Shown in pieces: positions 10,094-20,103 of a stretch of DNA of 64,000 bases. Positions within the stretch are counted from its first letter, which is position 1. Every line of letters begins with the position of its first letter. Below the pieces are notes generated by a model. The model worked only from the letters and a program-made list of their open reading frames with translations. It was not told where the DNA came from and made no database searches. Made by a program: the position numbers and the translations under genes. The DNA comes from Candidatus Undinarchaeota archaeon. GTDB taxonomy: Archaea; SpSt-1190; JASMDC01. The stretch covers positions 1 to 64,000 of the forward strand of contig CAZFHY010000014.1 in NCBI GenBank assembly GCA_964519305.1, read 5' to 3'.

Positions 10094-11419
10094 ATGGAAG
10101 ACATGTTGACCAAGGTCAAGGATGACAAGGTGATGTTCATCGAACTGCAGTTCACGGATATTTTCGGAACCCTGAAGTCTATTGAGATACCAACCAAACA
10201 CTTGGAGGACGCTATCGAAGGGGGTGTCTGGTTCGACGGGTCTTCGATCAAGGGTTTTGCACGGATAAAGGAGAGCGATATGTATCTCAAACCCGACCTT
10301 TCCACGTACGCGGTCCTTCCCGATGGTGACGAGAAGAGGACGGCCAGGTTCTTCTGTGATGTCTACACACCTGACGGGGAATTGTTCGAGAGCTCACCGA
10401 GAACGGTCCTGAAAAGGGTCATGGAAGAAGCGAAGGCGCTGGGATTCGATTTCAGGGTCGGGCCGGAGGTAGAGTTCTACCTGTTCAAACGGAGGGAGGA
10501 CGGTACTATCACGACACCCGAGTTCGATACGGGTTCCTACTTCGACAGCCCGGTCGGGGATGTCGGTAGCGATGTCAGGAAGGAGGTGATGCTCGCGCTC
10601 AAAGCGTTCGGTATCGATTCGGAGAGAGCGCACAACGAGGTGGGTGCTGGCCAGCACGAGATAGGATTCAGATACGATGATCCATTGACCACCGCGGACA
10701 GGGTGGTCACGCTCAAGCGGGTCATCAAATCGGTCGCTCACAAACATGGACTGATCGCCTCTTTCATGCCAAAACCGCTATTCGGGAAGGCCGGGAACGG
10801 TATGCACGTCCACTTCAGTCTGTTCGACAGGGAAGGAGAACCACTGTTCTTCGATCCGAAGGATAAGCACAAGCTCTCCCCATTGGCGAAGAGCTTCATC
10901 GCTGGCGAGCTTGCGTTCGTGAAAGATATGTGTCTCCTGCTGGACCCGACCGTGAGCTCGTACAAGAGGCTCGTCGCCGGTTACGAGGCTCCCGTCTACA
11001 TCTGCTGGGGGAGCCGGAACAGGTCGTCACTGGTCAGGATCCCGCGCTACACGAAAGGAAAGAAGGCGTCCGCGAGGGCGGAGCTCCGTTGCCCGGACCC
11101 CACTGCATCGCCGTATCTGGCGTTCGCCGCGATGCTCAAGGCCGGTCTTGAAGGGATCAAGCGGGACATGGAGCTGATGCCCGAGTCTGAGGACAGCGTT
11201 TTCAACAAGACGAAAGAGGAGCTCGACAGGCTAGGGATCGATGTGCTACCTGGCTCGCTGGGCGAGGCAGTGGTCCTGTTCAAGAAGAGCGGATTGATGA
11301 AGGACCTGCTGGGGGAGGAGCTCTTTCGGAAGTTCGCAGAAACGAAGGAAAGGGAGGCCGAGGAGTATAGGGTCGCTGTTACCGACTGGGAGATCGGAAG
11401 GTACCTGGAAGCGTGCTAG
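10094..11419 (+). CDS. glnA: Glutamine synthetase type I
   Basis: LQFTDIFG, FDGSSI, GPEVEF, HNEVGAGQHE, FMPKP..GNGMH, YKRLVAGYEAP, ELRCPD. Confidence 0.96.
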   Translation: MEDMLTKVKDDKVMFIELQFTDIFGTLKSIEIPTKHLEDAIEGGVWFDGSSIKGFARIKESDMYLKPDLSTYAVLPDGDEKRTARFFCDVYTPDGELFESSPRTVLKRVMEEAKALGFDFRVGPEVEFYLFKRREDGTITTPEFDTGSYFDSPVGDVGSDVRKEVMLALKAFGIDSERAHNEVGAGQHEIGFRYDDPLTTADRVVTLKRVIKSVAHKHGLIASFMPKPLFGKAGNGMHVHFSLFDREGEPLFFDPKDKHKLSPLAKSFIAGELAFVKDMCLLLDPTVSSYKRLVAGYEAPVYICWGSRNRSSLVRIPRYTKGKKASARAELRCPDPTASPYLAFAAMLKAGLEGIKRDMELMPESEDSVFNKTKEELDRLGIDVLPGSLGEAVVLFKKSGLMKDLLGEELFRKFAETKEREAEEYRVAVTDWEIGRYLEAC

Positions 11420-11438
11420 TCCGGTCCTCAGGTCAGTA

Positions 11439-12170
11439 TCAATGCAGACCGCGACGGACACTCGTGGGGGGGAAGTGACCGAGCCAGGCAATGGCTACGG
11501 CCGTGACCATCAGAGGCCGTGCTACGATGATGAACCACGTAACACCCCACATAGATTCAGAATAGGCAGCTATCAGCGCCAGAAGGAAGGAGATGGAGCA
11601 TGCCGCTAGGCGGTACATCATCATCTTGCTCCGTGCCTTGAAAGAGAGGAGGGGTATGGCCAATGCTAGGATAGCTCCGGGTACGAGGCCCCACAGGGTC
11701 AGCACCCCAAGAGCCGTGCGGTCATTGACGAACCAGAAGGTCCCCCAGACGCCCAGGCTGTACACACCAAGGCCGCCCTGCCACACGAGGATGCCTGCGC
11801 TGACACCGACAAGGAGCAGTAGGGTCGGTAGATGTTCAGCGGCCCCGCTCGAGCGGTTCTCGGATATGAAGCCTATTATGTAGGATGCCACTGGCACCGA
11901 GAGCACGCCCTGGATAACTAACGTGATGAGGAAGAGCGACCTGTCGACCCGGGGGAGCCCGAGGGCACCTGAGATCTGCCGCAGACCGATGAGACCGTAG
12001 AGCAGGGTGGTCAATAGCCAGAAGACCGTGACGCTGTCCGCCAACCGGTCACGTAGCTCGGCGAGCCGCGATGCGAGGACAGCTGTAACTGCAGCGAGCA
12101 CCAGTGCGCTGAATCCGTTGAGCAAGGTGCCAATCATAGCAATAGCTACCTCTTGTAGGTCGAAAAGCAC
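11439..12170 (-). CDS. Hypothetical polytopic (about 7 TM) membrane protein
   Basis: Hydrophobic ORF filling the glnA-glmM gap; start uncertain. Confidence 0.6.
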   Translation of the reverse strand: MLFDLQEVAIAMIGTLLNGFSALVLAAVTAVLASRLAELRDRLADSVTVFWLLTTLLYGLIGLRQISGALGLPRVDRSLFLITLVIQGVLSVPVASYIIGFISENRSSGAAEHLPTLLLLVGVSAGILVWQGGLGVYSLGVWGTFWFVNDRTALGVLTLWGLVPGAILALAIPLLSFKARSKMMMYRLAACSISFLLALIAAYSESMWGVTWFIIVARPLMVTAVAIAWLGHFPPTSVRRGLH

Positions 12171-12248
12171 TACATGCTTTATAATGCTGAACCCGTGGCC
12201 GGCGTCCGGGTGTTAAACATAAAAGGGTTGCCCGACCCATCCCACGCG

Positions 12249-13652
12249 ATGGGAGCGCTTTTCGGCACCTCGGGCATGCGGGGGATCGTCAACCTTGAGA
12301 TAACGCCACATCTGGTCCTCAAGACCGGGATGGCGCTGGCGGAATCGCTGGACCATAGCGGCAGCGTCGCTGTGGGGACGGACCACCGCACCTCTGCGGA
12401 GGCCATCAAGCGCGCCATGGTCGCGGGGATTCTGGCCGGAGGGTGCCACGTGATGGATGTCGGACTGGCCCCGACCCCGACCATAGTCTACGCCGGTTCC
12501 CATCTGGGATGCGATGCATCCGTTAGCATCACCGCCTCTCACAATCCGCCCGAGTACAACGGTATCAAGCTATGGAATCCCGACGGTTCAGGTTTCTCAC
12601 GAGAGCAGGAAGCCGATGTCGAGGAACGTATACTGGGTGCTCAGATCCCGGGTGCCGAGTGGAACAACGTGGGCAGGGTGTTCCGACGCCCGCACGCTTC
12701 ATACACACACATAGATGCGATAATCGCGGCCTTGGGACATGTGGACGGGTTCTCCGTCGTGTACGACGGGGGGTGCGGCGCCGGCTCGAAGGTGACTCCA
12801 TATCTCCTCCGAGAGCTGGGATGTAAGGTCTTCACGCTCAATTCCGTTCCCGATGGGCGATTCAATCCTAGGGACCACATACGTGGCGAGCCCCTCCCGG
12901 CCGCTGGCGACTGGAACCTGATAACGGACCTTGCGAACCTCGTCGACGCGGTCTCGGAGACCGAGGCCGACATAGGCCTGGCCAACGACGGCGATGCGGA
13001 CCGTATCCTCGTCGTGGACGAGACCGGTACAGTCGTCCCACCTGACGTGCTCATCGCCTTCTTTGCAGAACAGGCCCTGAAGGAGAACAAGGGCGGGACG
13101 ATCATCACCACCGTCGACGCTTCGATGCTGGTCGAAGAGGTCGCAAAGAAGAACAAGGGCAAGGTAGTGCGCACTCCCGTGGGCGACGTGTTCGTATCGC
13201 GGGCAGCGAAGGAGCACAGTGCACTACTTGGTGCCGAGCCTGCAGGGACCTTCATATTCCCGGACCTCCACTTATGCCCTGATGGTCCGTTCTCAGCCGC
13301 GCGCGCTGTACGTGTGCTCGCAGAACACGGCAAGCCGCTGTCAGAGATCCTGGCCGTGTACGAGCGTTACCCGATGGGCCGGCTACGTCTCGAATGCCCC
13401 AAGGAGCGCAAGGCAACGGCCATGGACGCGATCGGCGAGGAGCTCGAGGACGTTCTTTCCGGTGTCAAGGGCATCGATACCGTTGACGGGATCAGGGCCG
13501 AGCTAAAGGGCGGCTGGATCCTGGTGCGACCCTCCGGCACCGAACCTATCCTCCGCATAACCGCTGAGGCCCGGGACCAGAAGGCGCTCGATAAAACGCT
13601 TGAGGCCGCTCAGGAGGCCGTGGGCGAAATAATCGCCCGGGTGACGCGGTAG
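12249..13652 (+). CDS. glmM: Phosphoglucosamine mutase / phosphohexomutase
   Basis: LFGTSGMRG, ITASHNPPEYNG phosphoserine loop, DGDADR metal loop, VRPSGTEP; adjacent to a glmU-like gene. Confidence 0.88.
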   Translation: MGALFGTSGMRGIVNLEITPHLVLKTGMALAESLDHSGSVAVGTDHRTSAEAIKRAMVAGILAGGCHVMDVGLAPTPTIVYAGSHLGCDASVSITASHNPPEYNGIKLWNPDGSGFSREQEADVEERILGAQIPGAEWNNVGRVFRRPHASYTHIDAIIAALGHVDGFSVVYDGGCGAGSKVTPYLLRELGCKVFTLNSVPDGRFNPRDHIRGEPLPAAGDWNLITDLANLVDAVSETEADIGLANDGDADRILVVDETGTVVPPDVLIAFFAEQALKENKGGTIITTVDASMLVEEVAKKNKGKVVRTPVGDVFVSRAAKEHSALLGAEPAGTFIFPDLHLCPDGPFSAARAVRVLAEHGKPLSEILAVYERYPMGRLRLECPKERKATAMDAIGEELEDVLSGVKGIDTVDGIRAELKGGWILVRPSGTEPILRITAEARDQKALDKTLEAAQEAVGEIIARVTR

Positions 13653-13653
13653 C

Positions 13654-14790
13654 GTGGAAGCGGTAATACTCGCGGCAGGCCAGGGGACGCGGATGCGCCC
13701 CATCACGCCCGGTGTCCCCAAATCGCTCATCCCCGTAGCGAACCGTCCCTTCCTCTCACTTGTAGTGGACCGCGTACGTGCAGCTGGTGCAAAGCGTATA
13801 GTGGTCGTCGTCTCCCCGGAGAACCGTGACGCGGTCCAGGACGCGCTGGACGATGTAGATGTCGCGGTCCAGGAGGTCCCGCGCGGGACCGCTGACGCCG
13901 TTGCGGCCGCTGAGAACGCCGTTACTGATGACTTCCTTCTAGTAAACGGGGACACGCTCATCGAGGTGGACGACCTACGTCGCCTTGCGGGCGTATCAGG
14001 TTGTGCCATGGGGCTAGCGCGCGTGGATGATCCATCCGCCTACGGGATCGCCGAGGTCGTTGACGGTATCGTGATGGCCATCGATGAGAAGCCCGAGCAT
14101 CCCCAGGGCGACCTCGCCAACACCGGGACCTACCGTCTCACGCGGGCGGTATTCGATGCCATACGACGTACTCCGCTCTCGGAGCGGGGGGAGCTGGAGC
14201 TCACCACCTCGCTCATGCTACTGCACAAACAGGGGACGCCGGTGCACGCCTGCCTTATAGAGCGCGGATGGCGTGACTTCGGTGCGCCCTGGCACGTGCT
14301 GGACCTGAACGATGAGGCACTGGCCGTGCTCGAGGCCCCCACACCTCGGATCGACGGTGCAACCGTCAATGGTCCGGTCGTGCTCGGTACCGGTTGCACG
14401 GTAGGCGAGGACGCGATAATCCAGGGCCCGGCGGTGGTCGGCGATGGGTGCGAGATCGGTGCCGGGGCCCGTATCGGGCCGGGATCATCGGTGGGTGCGG
14501 GTTGTGTGCTGGGCGATGGGAGCGTTGTGGAGGGCTCGGTCCTTTGTGAGAGGGTCACCGTGGCAGAGGGCGCACAGGTGCTATCATCGGTGCTCGGGTC
14601 CGGGGCCACCATTGGATTGGCTGCCACCCTCCTGGACACAAACGACGACGGCTCGACCGTATGGATGACCGTGAAGGACCGCGACCTCGACACCGGGCGC
14701 ATGCGATGCGGCGCTCTGGTCGGATGTGGTGCCCTCGTGGACGACATGGAGGTCGTGTTCCCGGGGACGCTCGTGTTCGCGAGGGAATGA
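13654..14790 (+). CDS. Bifunctional sugar-1-phosphate nucleotidylyltransferase/acetyltransferase (archaeal GlmU-like)
   Basis: AVILAAGQGTRMRP..PK, EKP, SERGELE, C-terminal hexapeptide left-handed beta-helix repeats. Confidence 0.88.
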   Translation: MEAVILAAGQGTRMRPITPGVPKSLIPVANRPFLSLVVDRVRAAGAKRIVVVVSPENRDAVQDALDDVDVAVQEVPRGTADAVAAAENAVTDDFLLVNGDTLIEVDDLRRLAGVSGCAMGLARVDDPSAYGIAEVVDGIVMAIDEKPEHPQGDLANTGTYRLTRAVFDAIRRTPLSERGELELTTSLMLLHKQGTPVHACLIERGWRDFGAPWHVLDLNDEALAVLEAPTPRIDGATVNGPVVLGTGCTVGEDAIIQGPAVVGDGCEIGAGARIGPGSSVGAGCVLGDGSVVEGSVLCERVTVAEGAQVLSSVLGSGATIGLAATLLDTNDDGSTVWMTVKDRDLDTGRMRCGALVGCGALVDDMEVVFPGTLVFARE

Positions 14791-14821
14791 CCTTAAAAAA
14801 ACGTACGACCACTCCTTGAAC

Positions 14822-16339
14822 GTGGTCGTCTGCCTGATCAATCCACCGCAGTTGTCCACACCCTACCAGGTTACCGATGGCCTCATGCCGCCCTTGGGCA
14901 TCATGTCCATTTCCGCAGTTCTCAAGCAGGAGGGGTTCGATGTGCATGTCATCGATGCACCGGGCGAGGCAGCGACGAACCGGTACGTCCATGACGGAAC
15001 CCCGCTCCGCGGTCTCGGGTTCGAGACTATTCTCGAGCGCATCCCGGAGGGCACCAAGCTTATCGGCATCTCGGGCATCTTCTCCATGAACCATCGCGTC
15101 CTCATCGACCTTGCACGTTCCATCAAGGAGAGGTGCCCTGACACTATCGTGGTCGTTGGCGGCTCCCATGCGACAGCTGTACCCGAGCAGGTCATGCTCT
15201 CGGGGGACGTGGATATTGTGTGCCTGGGGGAGGGCGAGCGCTCGCTGCCCATGCTCTGTCATGCCTTGGAGCGGGATGGATGGAAGATAATCACCGAGGA
15301 CCTCGTGGACATCGCGGGGATCGCCTACCGAGACGGAGAGCGGGTCATCATCAATCAGGATGTGGCGCTAATCGACGACGTGGACGCTCTACCGTACCCT
15401 GACTGGGACAGCGTTCCCATGGAGACATACTACGCCTTCAAGGAGGGGAACGGGCCGGTGTGGACCGATAGATGGGTACCTCTGCTCTCCTCACGGGGCT
15501 GTCCGTACGACTGCGCCTTCTGTAGCACTCCGTCGATCTGGCGGCGTCGATGGCGTCCGCGTGATCCGGTCAAGCTCGTGGACGAGATAGCCTGGCTCCA
15601 GCGTGAGCACAACATCGAAGAGGTACACTTTGAGGACGAGAACATGAGCACCGATCCGGAGAGGCTGGAGACGTTCTGCGATGAACTGGTGCAGCGTAGC
15701 ATCGGCATAAGATGGCAGGCGGCGAACGGCATGCGTGCCCACGGCCTTGACAGGGAGCTGCTGGCCAAGATGGTCGCCTCCGGATGCACGAACCTCGTGC
15801 TCGCTCCCGAGTCAGGATCACGTTGTCTTCTCCAAGATGAACTGAACAAGGATATTGACCTGGACGAGATCGCGCGAGCGGGTCGGACCGCCCATGACCT
15901 GGGCCTGCGCACGTCCACATTCTTCATGATGGGCATGCCCGGAGAGACTCGAAGGGACGTTACACGGACACTGGCGTACCTCATGCGACTCGCGTTCGCA
16001 GGAGTTGACGAGTGCTCGATCTCACAGTTCGTGCCTCTTCCCGGTAGTCGTCTGTTCGACCGACTACGCTCCGAGGGACGGATCAAGCTGGATGATGCGT
16101 TCTACCGTTCGCTCACGTCCATGGGCGACCTTGCCTCGTCCCGCTCATGGTCCGAGCACTACTCCAACTGGGAGCTGAAGCTGTACCAGCTGATAGGCTA
16201 TGGCTTGTTCCACGTTACTCGGCTCGTTTTCCATCCCGTGAGCTCGGGACGGACCTTCGTCAACGTGCTCAAGGGACGACAGGAGCTGAAGAGCGAGCGT
16301 TTTCTCATTGCGAAGCTCCGCCGGTTCCGCGGCAGCTGA
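14822..16339 (+). CDS. B12-binding radical SAM protein
   Basis: LINPP..PPLG, VVGGSHAT, GEGE cobalamin domain, SRGCPYDCAFC (CX3CX2C); GTG about 25 nt after TTAAAAA. Confidence 0.9.
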   Translation: MVVCLINPPQLSTPYQVTDGLMPPLGIMSISAVLKQEGFDVHVIDAPGEAATNRYVHDGTPLRGLGFETILERIPEGTKLIGISGIFSMNHRVLIDLARSIKERCPDTIVVVGGSHATAVPEQVMLSGDVDIVCLGEGERSLPMLCHALERDGWKIITEDLVDIAGIAYRDGERVIINQDVALIDDVDALPYPDWDSVPMETYYAFKEGNGPVWTDRWVPLLSSRGCPYDCAFCSTPSIWRRRWRPRDPVKLVDEIAWLQREHNIEEVHFEDENMSTDPERLETFCDELVQRSIGIRWQAANGMRAHGLDRELLAKMVASGCTNLVLAPESGSRCLLQDELNKDIDLDEIARAGRTAHDLGLRTSTFFMMGMPGETRRDVTRTLAYLMRLAFAGVDECSISQFVPLPGSRLFDRLRSEGRIKLDDAFYRSLTSMGDLASSRSWSEHYSNWELKLYQLIGYGLFHVTRLVFHPVSSGRTFVNVLKGRQELKSERFLIAKLRRFRGS

Positions 16340-16342
16340 GCC

Positions 16343-18211
16343 TCAGGCATCCTGCCAGCAGTTACCGTCCTGACCGCACTCCGAATCCGGAGGACAACCG
16401 CATACGGGGCATGAGGGCACGAGCCCCTGTCCTCGTGTGCACAGGAAAGGCTTCACCTCGGAGCAGGCGCCGTGGAACGTACCATCGTCGCAAATGCGGT
16501 CCGGATCGTAGCATCGGTCGTCGGAGTAACACCCCATCCGGTCAGGACAACCGCATAGGGCGCAGTCGGGAATGAGCGAAATACTGTCCGGCTCGCAGAA
16601 ATGCTCACCTCCGGACGCGCAGGTGCCCACAGGTGTACCATCGGTGCAGGATTCGTACGGGTAGGGAACGAACCAACCGCGGATGCCCCCGGCGTCGTCC
16701 ATGGCCCCCGAAGCGCGTGCCGTGGTCTCGATGAACCTGCTCGCCCCGTCGCTGAACGTTACGTGTAGGAGGACGTGGTTGATGGTGCGGGGTGCGGACA
16801 GGCTGTCCGAGTCGACGTAGGCGAACTGCAGGCGCATGCCGTATTTGGCCTGTCCGTCCCCTGCCATGATGAGAGCGGCCATGAGCACAGCCGAGTCACG
16901 GCAGCTCCCCCTTCCCTCGGTGAGTGTCTCCAGGGGCCACTGCGCCGTCTCGTTGGTCACCTGGTAGATCATGAGCCGGTTCTTGAGGTTGTACACCTCG
17001 TCGATGAACTGTCGTGCCGTCCGGCCATCGGTAAGGTCGCCGATCACGTCGGTGAATGCCTCGGGTCGCACGAAAGTGCGGTAATCGGGCACAGTGAGGT
17101 TCTCCTCGGGGCAACCGGGGCAGGAGATTGCCCGATAGTACACGGGCCGGGGAGCCGATACCAGGGTACGGTAGGTGTCCACGGGCATGTTCCACACCAC
17201 GGTCTCTCCGAGGTTGTCGGGATACTGCCAGCGGATCATCCCCTCGTTTATGACGGTATGGAATCCCTCCGGCGTCGTCCCCTGCTGACTCTCGACGCAG
17301 TACGCGCGGTCGGTGTCGCACGCATGTTCTTGCGGGCAGTCAGCGTCCGTCCGGCAGCATCGTGTCCCCTCCAGGCAGCACACACCGGCCACGCAGTTCC
17401 CGCTCGCACACTCGCTCAGTGTCTGACAGTAGCCGCCATTGGGTGCAGGTGTGCCGGTCGGGTCCGCAGTAGGCCGGGTGGTCGGTGACGGCACGGCCCC
17501 GGATTCATCGCATGCGGACTCGGCGTGATCGCACATAGTCTCTCCTGGACAGTCACGGTCGTCCTGGCAGCAGGTTCTTCCTTCAGCACAGCACACGCCG
17601 TTGATACAGTTGTCGCTGAGACACTCGTCGTCCACGATACATGGCATGCCGTTTAGCCGCGTGGCCTGTGGCACCGTCGGCTCCGTTCCAGGTGTCGGTG
17701 AGGGGGTTTGACGGACGTCGGCAGTGCAATAGGAACGGTCAGTGTCGCATAGTTCCTCAGGACCGCAGTCGCTGTCGTCGAGGCAGCACGGACTTCCTGC
17801 GAGGCAGCATACCCCGTTCCTGCAGTTGCCGCTGAGGCAGATGTGGTCCCCTTCGCACATCATACCGTTGCGTCGTGGTGCAGGTGTTGGTGTCGGCGAT
17901 GGTGTTGGGCGGGGGATGCAGAATGACCGGCGGTCATCGCATCGCTCCACATAATCACAGTCATGGTCATTGCTACAACAGTCCCTTCCTTCAAGACAGC
18001 AGATGCCGTCATGGCAGTTACCACTGAGGCACTCGATGTCATCTGAGCACGGTGCACCAATGCCAAGGGCGGGAGGGAGTGATGTGGGTATCGCGGTGGA
18101 CGCGGGTTCCGAGCCTCCCAGCTCTTCAATGCACCCGGACATGAGGACGAGCGCCAGGACCAGAGCCGTGACGGTCCGCCCCAAGATCATCGGGATGAAT
18201 GTGTCCCCCAA
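16343..18211 (-). CDS. Cys-rich lipoprotein with transglutaminase-like domain
   Basis: Lipobox LMSGC; four 10-Cys repeats with PT linkers; GRGSCRDSAVL / NHVLL / FIETT triad region; two C-terminal C.DGT...CGC repeats. Confidence 0.8.
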   Translation of the reverse strand: MGDTFIPMILGRTVTALVLALVLMSGCIEELGGSEPASTAIPTSLPPALGIGAPCSDDIECLSGNCHDGICCLEGRDCCSNDHDCDYVERCDDRRSFCIPRPTPSPTPTPAPRRNGMMCEGDHICLSGNCRNGVCCLAGSPCCLDDSDCGPEELCDTDRSYCTADVRQTPSPTPGTEPTVPQATRLNGMPCIVDDECLSDNCINGVCCAEGRTCCQDDRDCPGETMCDHAESACDESGAVPSPTTRPTADPTGTPAPNGGYCQTLSECASGNCVAGVCCLEGTRCCRTDADCPQEHACDTDRAYCVESQQGTTPEGFHTVINEGMIRWQYPDNLGETVVWNMPVDTYRTLVSAPRPVYYRAISCPGCPEENLTVPDYRTFVRPEAFTDVIGDLTDGRTARQFIDEVYNLKNRLMIYQVTNETAQWPLETLTEGRGSCRDSAVLMAALIMAGDGQAKYGMRLQFAYVDSDSLSAPRTINHVLLHVTFSDGASRFIETTARASGAMDDAGGIRGWFVPYPYESCTDGTPVGTCASGGEHFCEPDSISLIPDCALCGCPDRMGCYSDDRCYDPDRICDDGTFHGACSEVKPFLCTRGQGLVPSCPVCGCPPDSECGQDGNCWQDA

Positions 18212-18218
18212 AGAATAT

Positions 18219-19202
18219 CTACCTATCGATAACCGGGATGGTCACCGCGTCACGCCATTTCCGATGGTATGAAAGCGCTGCCATGGCGCCGATGCACCCG
18301 CGCCGGCCTGTGATGGGTTCAAGACCGATTGAGGGGAGGGTGGCTGCTGTGCTGAACGCGTCCTCAACGCTCACCTCCGCTCCTCGTGCGGCCCGACCGA
18401 AGAGCGAGAGCGCGGGGGGAACGTCCCGGCCGTGGAGCCAGGCCATCCCGGTGTGCTCGGACAATGTCCATTTCTCTAAAAGGTCGCGGGCCGAGCTCAG
18501 GAGGGCGTCCCGCCCGTCCGGAGGTACGGCGAGGGTGATCGCAGTTGCCACGCAGTTACGTGTCCGGTGCGGGGCGCTGGGGTAGAGCTGGACGAGAGCA
18601 TGGTATAGATAACGACCTTGCCCTTTCTCCTGGAGCGTGCTCCCGAGGGTGTGGCAAAGGGACCATGTGGATCCCTCGTCCTCCGTGTCAGTGTCGTCGA
18701 CACCGAGCACGACCTTCTCCAGGAGCGGGAGCACGAGCGTGGCAGAGCTCTTTCGGGAGCCTCCCGGCGGCTCGTGGACCACGATGCGCAGGACTCCCTC
18801 AGCGAGCCCGCGGGAGAGGCATGCACCTACCCCGCCTCCGCCGAGACCGTGGTACGTGACGTGCACCTCCGCAGACTCCCTGTCCACGGACACTGCACCG
18901 ATGCCGGCAGGGCGGATGCCCGGGACCAGCTCAGGCTTGACATTTCCGGTACACAGGTCATATATGGCGAGCGTTCCCTCACGTAGTGCGCTGGTGACCA
19001 GCTTGCTGGCAGCGGGGTAGTGGTGGCCGGTCCATGCAGCCCCACCGAGGCAGCAGCCCTCTTCTACGAGCTCGACGAACGAAGGGTCCGTGGGATCGAC
19101 CGTGGCGGTTATCCGCTTCGTGGAGGCGGCCCAGGGGACATCCGCTACCAAGGCGCGCAGCTCCGAGGGCAGGTGTTCACCCGGTGCCAGCTCCAGTGCC
19201 AT
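18219..19202 (-). CDS. Methanogenesis marker protein 11 (DUF1743/TiaS-N-like)
   Basis: PW...VELVE..C.GG..W..HHY..SKLV, TYHGLGGGGVGA..RGLAEGV, VLGVDDTD..EGSTW, QLYP....T.NC, G.RG.IGA.AAL recognised as the Mmp11 family. Confidence 0.85.
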   Translation of the reverse strand: MALELAPGEHLPSELRALVADVPWAASTKRITATVDPTDPSFVELVEEGCCLGGAAWTGHHYPAASKLVTSALREGTLAIYDLCTGNVKPELVPGIRPAGIGAVSVDRESAEVHVTYHGLGGGGVGACLSRGLAEGVLRIVVHEPPGGSRKSSATLVLPLLEKVVLGVDDTDTEDEGSTWSLCHTLGSTLQEKGQGRYLYHALVQLYPSAPHRTRNCVATAITLAVPPDGRDALLSSARDLLEKWTLSEHTGMAWLHGRDVPPALSLFGRAARGAEVSVEDAFSTAATLPSIGLEPITGRRGCIGAMAALSYHRKWRDAVTIPVIDR

Positions 19203-19221
19203 TGCACCGACGCCGCTGACA

Positions 19222-19234
19222 AGCTTAATAAACA
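19222..19234. promoter_or_regulatory. Shared AT-rich TATA element for divergent mmp11/mtxX
   Basis: TTAATAAA at 19225-19232 lies about 23 nt from both ATGs (19202 minus, 19255 plus) in GC-rich DNA. Confidence 0.55.
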
Positions 19235-19254
19235 TGCGCCCGGAGTGGGAGGGC

Positions 19255-20103
19255 ATGGGGGGTCCCTTGTGGGAGTCGGTCACGGCCATGGCCCGAAAAA
19301 GACCGGCCAAGGTGGCCGTGGGCATGCGCCCTGGCGTATCCCCCGACGATCATGCTTTCCTTTCCGACGCCGAGCGGTTCCGCACCGAAGGATTCGGATG
19401 GCCCGTTGTCGTAGCGCCCCCAGGCGTCACGGTCCCTGACGAACTGGACGTTATCGAGGTCGAGGACCCTGAGCGGGAGCTTGTCCGTCTGCTGGCTAAT
19501 GGAGAGGTGGACGCCGCTGTCCGCGGTGCCATGGACGCAGCGACCACATTGGGCTACCTGAAGCGCGTCTTCAACGTCCAATCGCTCTGTCGCATCGCCC
19601 TACTCCGGGCCGCGAACGGAGAGGAGTTCTTCCTCGCGCCCGTGGGTGTGGACGAGGGTGCTGCGATGGTCAATCGTCTCGAGCTCGTGCGACGGTACAC
19701 CGAGCTGGCCGCAGTCCTTGGGATCGAGCCTAAGCTCTCGGTGCTCGCTGAGGGAAGGACGCAGGACCGTGGGCGAGGGCGGTCTCTGGAAGAGAGCCTT
19801 CACGAGGCCGAGCTCATCACCAAGCTGGCCCGGGAGCGTCTCGGAGTGACGGACGCCCGGATGACGGGCATCGTCATCGAGGAAGCTCTGGAGGATGGCC
19901 CTCGACTCGTCCTGGCTCCTAGCGGTCCCGCTGGGAACCTGGTGTTCCGGAGCCTTGTCTACCTGGGTGCCGGGACCGGTCTGGGGGCTCCTGCCTGCTC
20001 GCTACACCGCCCATTCGTGGATGTGTCCCGCGGACGGACGGACGTGCTCAACGCCATGGTCTTCGCCTCTGCATTGGTGGCCGGGGGCTGGGGTCGTGAG
20101 TGA
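19255..20103 (+). CDS. mtxX: Methanogenesis marker protein 4 / MtxX (Pta/PdxA-like fold)
   Basis: EVDAAVRG, RIALL...FFLAPVGVDEG, GR..D.GR, I.IEEA, AP.G..GNLVFRSL..LG, FVD.SR motifs. Confidence 0.85.
   Translation: MGGPLWESVTAMARKRPAKVAVGMRPGVSPDDHAFLSDAERFRTEGFGWPVVVAPPGVTVPDELDVIEVEDPERELVRLLANGEVDAAVRGAMDAATTLGYLKRVFNVQSLCRIALLRAANGEEFFLAPVGVDEGAAMVNRLELVRRYTELAAVLGIEPKLSVLAEGRTQDRGRGRSLEESLHEAELITKLARERLGVTDARMTGIVIEEALEDGPRLVLAPSGPAGNLVFRSLVYLGAGTGLGAPACSLHRPFVDVSRGRTDVLNAMVFASALVAGGWGRE

Noticed and set aside
14726-14821. N-terminal extensions from the ORF track (also 12174, 19090, 19895, 21489, 24712, 44306)
   Set aside because: They overlap upstream genes or promoters; homology starts at later start codons.
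18219-19202. TiaS (tRNA-Ile2 agmatinylcytidine synthetase)
   Set aside because: It shares the DDTD domain but lacks the OB-fold and Zn ribbon and has the marker-11 N-domain.
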